64,000 nt of DNA. It comes from Methylococcaceae bacterium. GTDB lineage: Bacteria > Pseudomonadota > Gammaproteobacteria > Methylococcales > Methylomonadaceae. Below are positions 61,855 through 64,000 of this stretch, piece after piece. The notes beneath the pieces are model-generated. The model saw only the letters and a program-made list of their open reading frames with translations. It did no database searches and was not told where the DNA came from. Every line of letters starts with the position of its first letter. The first letter of the stretch is position 1. The DNA is taken from assembly GCA_006844705.1 (NCBI GenBank), contig SPJS01000197.1, positions 17,357 through 81,356 of the forward strand, in the 5' to 3' direction. Position numbers and translations under genes: made by a program.

Positions 61855-62781
61855 ATGATGACACCTGAACTGGTCAACTGGACCTTGCACAGTATTGAAG
61901 AGAATAATCATACAGTTATACCGCCGATGGATTTGCAGGCAGATGTTCAAAATATTCAGGCATTGCCCCCATTGCCCGGCATAGCCGCTAAGATCATGCA
62001 GTTGGCTGGAGATCCATATGCTGATGCTGCCAAACTGGCTAAAATCGTTGAGATGGATCCATTACTCACGACTCAGGTGATTCGCTGGGCCAGTTCTTCA
62101 CTGTATGGATTTCGAGGTAAAATCACCAGTGTCAAGGATGCAATTAGCAGTGTCCTTGGTTATACCTTTGTTTTTAACCTGGTGTTAGGGCTAACCGCAT
62201 TGAAGCCATTGCAATCGCCTGTTGAAGGTGTGATTGGCATGCGTGTGTTCTGGGAACATGCATTGGCAAGTACCCGATTGATGATGGCGTTAAATCAAAG
62301 ATTGGGTGACCATCGATTTGACGAGCAAACCGTGTTTTTGGTGGCACTGATGCATAATATCGGTTTCCCTCTGCTAGGTGATCAATTTCGCAGTCAATTT
62401 CATTATCTGACTAGCCTGGTTGAAGCCAACCCGGGGCTGAACCGGGTGAAACTCGAAAAATTTTCGCTGGGAGCAAGTCATTGCGAATTGGGCAGCTGGT
62501 TATTAAATACCTGGGAAATGCCTAAAGAAATCGTGGATGTGATTTATCATCACCATAATCCGCATTATCGCGGGGACAACCATCGTCTGAGTTTGCTGAC
62601 GTTTACGAGTGATTTTTTACTTGCTCAGATTAATATTGGTGACGGGTCAACCCAACATGAGATAGATGACATTCTGTCTTTACTTAATCTGAGTATTGAA
62701 GACTGCAATGAATTAATGAACGGAATAGAGCAGGAAATGGAATCAATCAGCTCATTAGTAGAAATTTGTTTAGCCCATTAA
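61855..62781 (+). CDS. HDOD domain protein
   Basis: LPPLP, DPLLTTQVIRWA, FWEHAL, LMHNIG, HCELG...W...HHH. Confidence 0.9.
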   Translation: MMTPELVNWTLHSIEENNHTVIPPMDLQADVQNIQALPPLPGIAAKIMQLAGDPYADAAKLAKIVEMDPLLTTQVIRWASSSLYGFRGKITSVKDAISSVLGYTFVFNLVLGLTALKPLQSPVEGVIGMRVFWEHALASTRLMMALNQRLGDHRFDEQTVFLVALMHNIGFPLLGDQFRSQFHYLTSLVEANPGLNRVKLEKFSLGASHCELGSWLLNTWEMPKEIVDVIYHHHNPHYRGDNHRLSLLTFTSDFLLAQINIGDGSTQHEIDDILSLLNLSIEDCNELMNGIEQEMESISSLVEICLAH

Positions 62782-62800
62782 AGACGGGGTTTCGCAAAGA

Positions 62801-62828
62801 AAAAAAAAGCGGCGCAAGCGCCGCTTTT
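62801..62828. terminator. Rho-independent (bidirectional-type) terminator
   Basis: AAAAGCGGCGC-AA-GCGCCGCTTTT. Confidence 0.8.
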
Positions 62829-63083
62829 AAAAACCTGATGAATGGTTTTGTTGTCGTACTGCTGACCACCTTATAAGGATTGTGTGTGACAGAAGCTTCT
62901 GTTGTGGTTAAAGCAACGCTTGTGCCAATAGGTTAAATGCATTGAGTAATGCCGAATCTGAAGGGTAAGCCAGCTGTTTAAATGACAGCTTTGGCAGTTA
63001 GCTATGCCATTGTTGTCAGTCGACCTGACGTCATTGACGCGTTCTAAGTATTTTAAAGTTGAAAACCTTCTATATTTAGACGT

Positions 63084-64000
63084 ATGGATCAAGCAATATT
63101 TCAACAAGAACGAAAACTGGAAATTGAAGAAGTCGCGCAATGGCTGCTTCATGATGACATCATCTGTCCTCAGGAGATGCATGATTTAATGGAGTTTGCC
63201 TCCCAATGGGAGTTTAGGGATAAGCCGCTAGTTGATATTTTTCTCTCTTATCATGATCAGCACCCTCTGTTAAATCAACGTAAGTTTGATGAAGACCAGT
63301 TTAACCAGTGGTTATGTACGCAAATAGACCTTCCTTACTTTTATATAGACCCTCTCAAAATTGATGTTGTTTCGGTAACAGCGGTATGCAGTAAGCCCTA
63401 CGCCTTACGATTTGGAATTTTACCGGTTAAAGTGGATGAGCAGACTATTACAGTTGCCACCAGTCAGCCATTCATGCATGAATGGGAAAGGGATCTTCAT
63501 CATTTATTTAAAAAAACCATTCAGTGTGTTTATGCCAATCCAAATGATATCTTGCGCTATACGGAAGAGCTGTATGCATTTTCCAAGTCTGTAAAAGGCG
63601 CGTCTGATCGCATTGTTCCAACATCAAATCAGATCAATAACCTGGAACAGCTGGTAGAACTGGGCGAACAAAACGATCTGGAAGCCAACAACCAGCATAT
63701 TGTGAATCTGGTTAACTGGTTGTTTCAATATGCATTTGATCAGCGAGCCAGTGATATTCACCTCGAGCCAAGGCGGGATACCAGTTGTGTACGGTTCCGG
63801 ATTGATGGGGTTATGCACCAGGTCTATGAATTACCCGGTACGGTGATGGATGCAGTGTTAAGCAGAATCAAGACGCTAGGTAGAATGAATATCGCAGAAA
63901 AACGTCGCCCTCAGGATGGACGACTGAAAACCCTGAATGGCGAAAATGAAGTTGAATTACGATTATCTACCATGCCTACAGCCTTTGGTGAAAAACTGGT
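63084..64000 (+). CDS. GspE/PulE-family secretion ATPase (partial; runs off the right edge)
   Basis: Manual translation from ATG 63084: MDQAIFQ...RASDIHLEP...RFRIDG...EKRRPQDGR...RLSTMPTAFGEKL. Confidence 0.9.
   Translation, partial: MDQAIFQQERKLEIEEVAQWLLHDDIICPQEMHDLMEFASQWEFRDKPLVDIFLSYHDQHPLLNQRKFDEDQFNQWLCTQIDLPYFYIDPLKIDVVSVTAVCSKPYALRFGILPVKVDEQTITVATSQPFMHEWERDLHHLFKKTIQCVYANPNDILRYTEELYAFSKSVKGASDRIVPTSNQINNLEQLVELGEQNDLEANNQHIVNLVNWLFQYAFDQRASDIHLEPRRDTSCVRFRIDGVMHQVYELPGTVMDAVLSRIKTLGRMNIAEKRRPQDGRLKTLNGENEVELRLSTMPTAFGEKL

Noticed and set aside
63004-63818. Short ORFs listed near the right edge
   Set aside because: They are alternative-frame or antisense overlaps of the GspE/PulE gene starting at 63084, which the track misses because it has no stop in the window

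Overview
This window looks like chromosomal DNA from a gammaproteobacterial methylotroph, most likely a Methylococcales methanotroph. That is inferred from fhcBADC, an L-ribulose/D-tagatose 3-epimerase and VPLPA/PEP-CTERM proteins. Housekeeping content includes proA, fba, hemCDXY, hemB, ubiD, prlC, aroE, mlaC, cmoAB, pilBCD, coaE-zapD-yacG, tRNA-Lys and tRNA-Asp. The best candidate for an uncharacterised system is a 7-gene operon at 4.5-9.4 kb. It encodes an MglA-like GTPase, two roadblock proteins, a stand-alone Aer-type PAS protein, a cytoplasmic PhnD-fold protein and two putative scaffolds. An ODP-like di-iron protein and a double-tip mini-chemoreceptor lie about 5 kb away. Other notable items are a 4-copy CTAG-flanked MITE family, a run of seven hairpins after fhcC, a near-perfect CusR-type box before a TonB receptor, a 4-unit Pho box before a secreted phosphoesterase, a VanZ-heparinase II/III fusion, mddA and two pseudogenes. 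No CRISPR array, rRNA, transposase or integrase was seen. All family calls are by motif recognition; no database searches were run.
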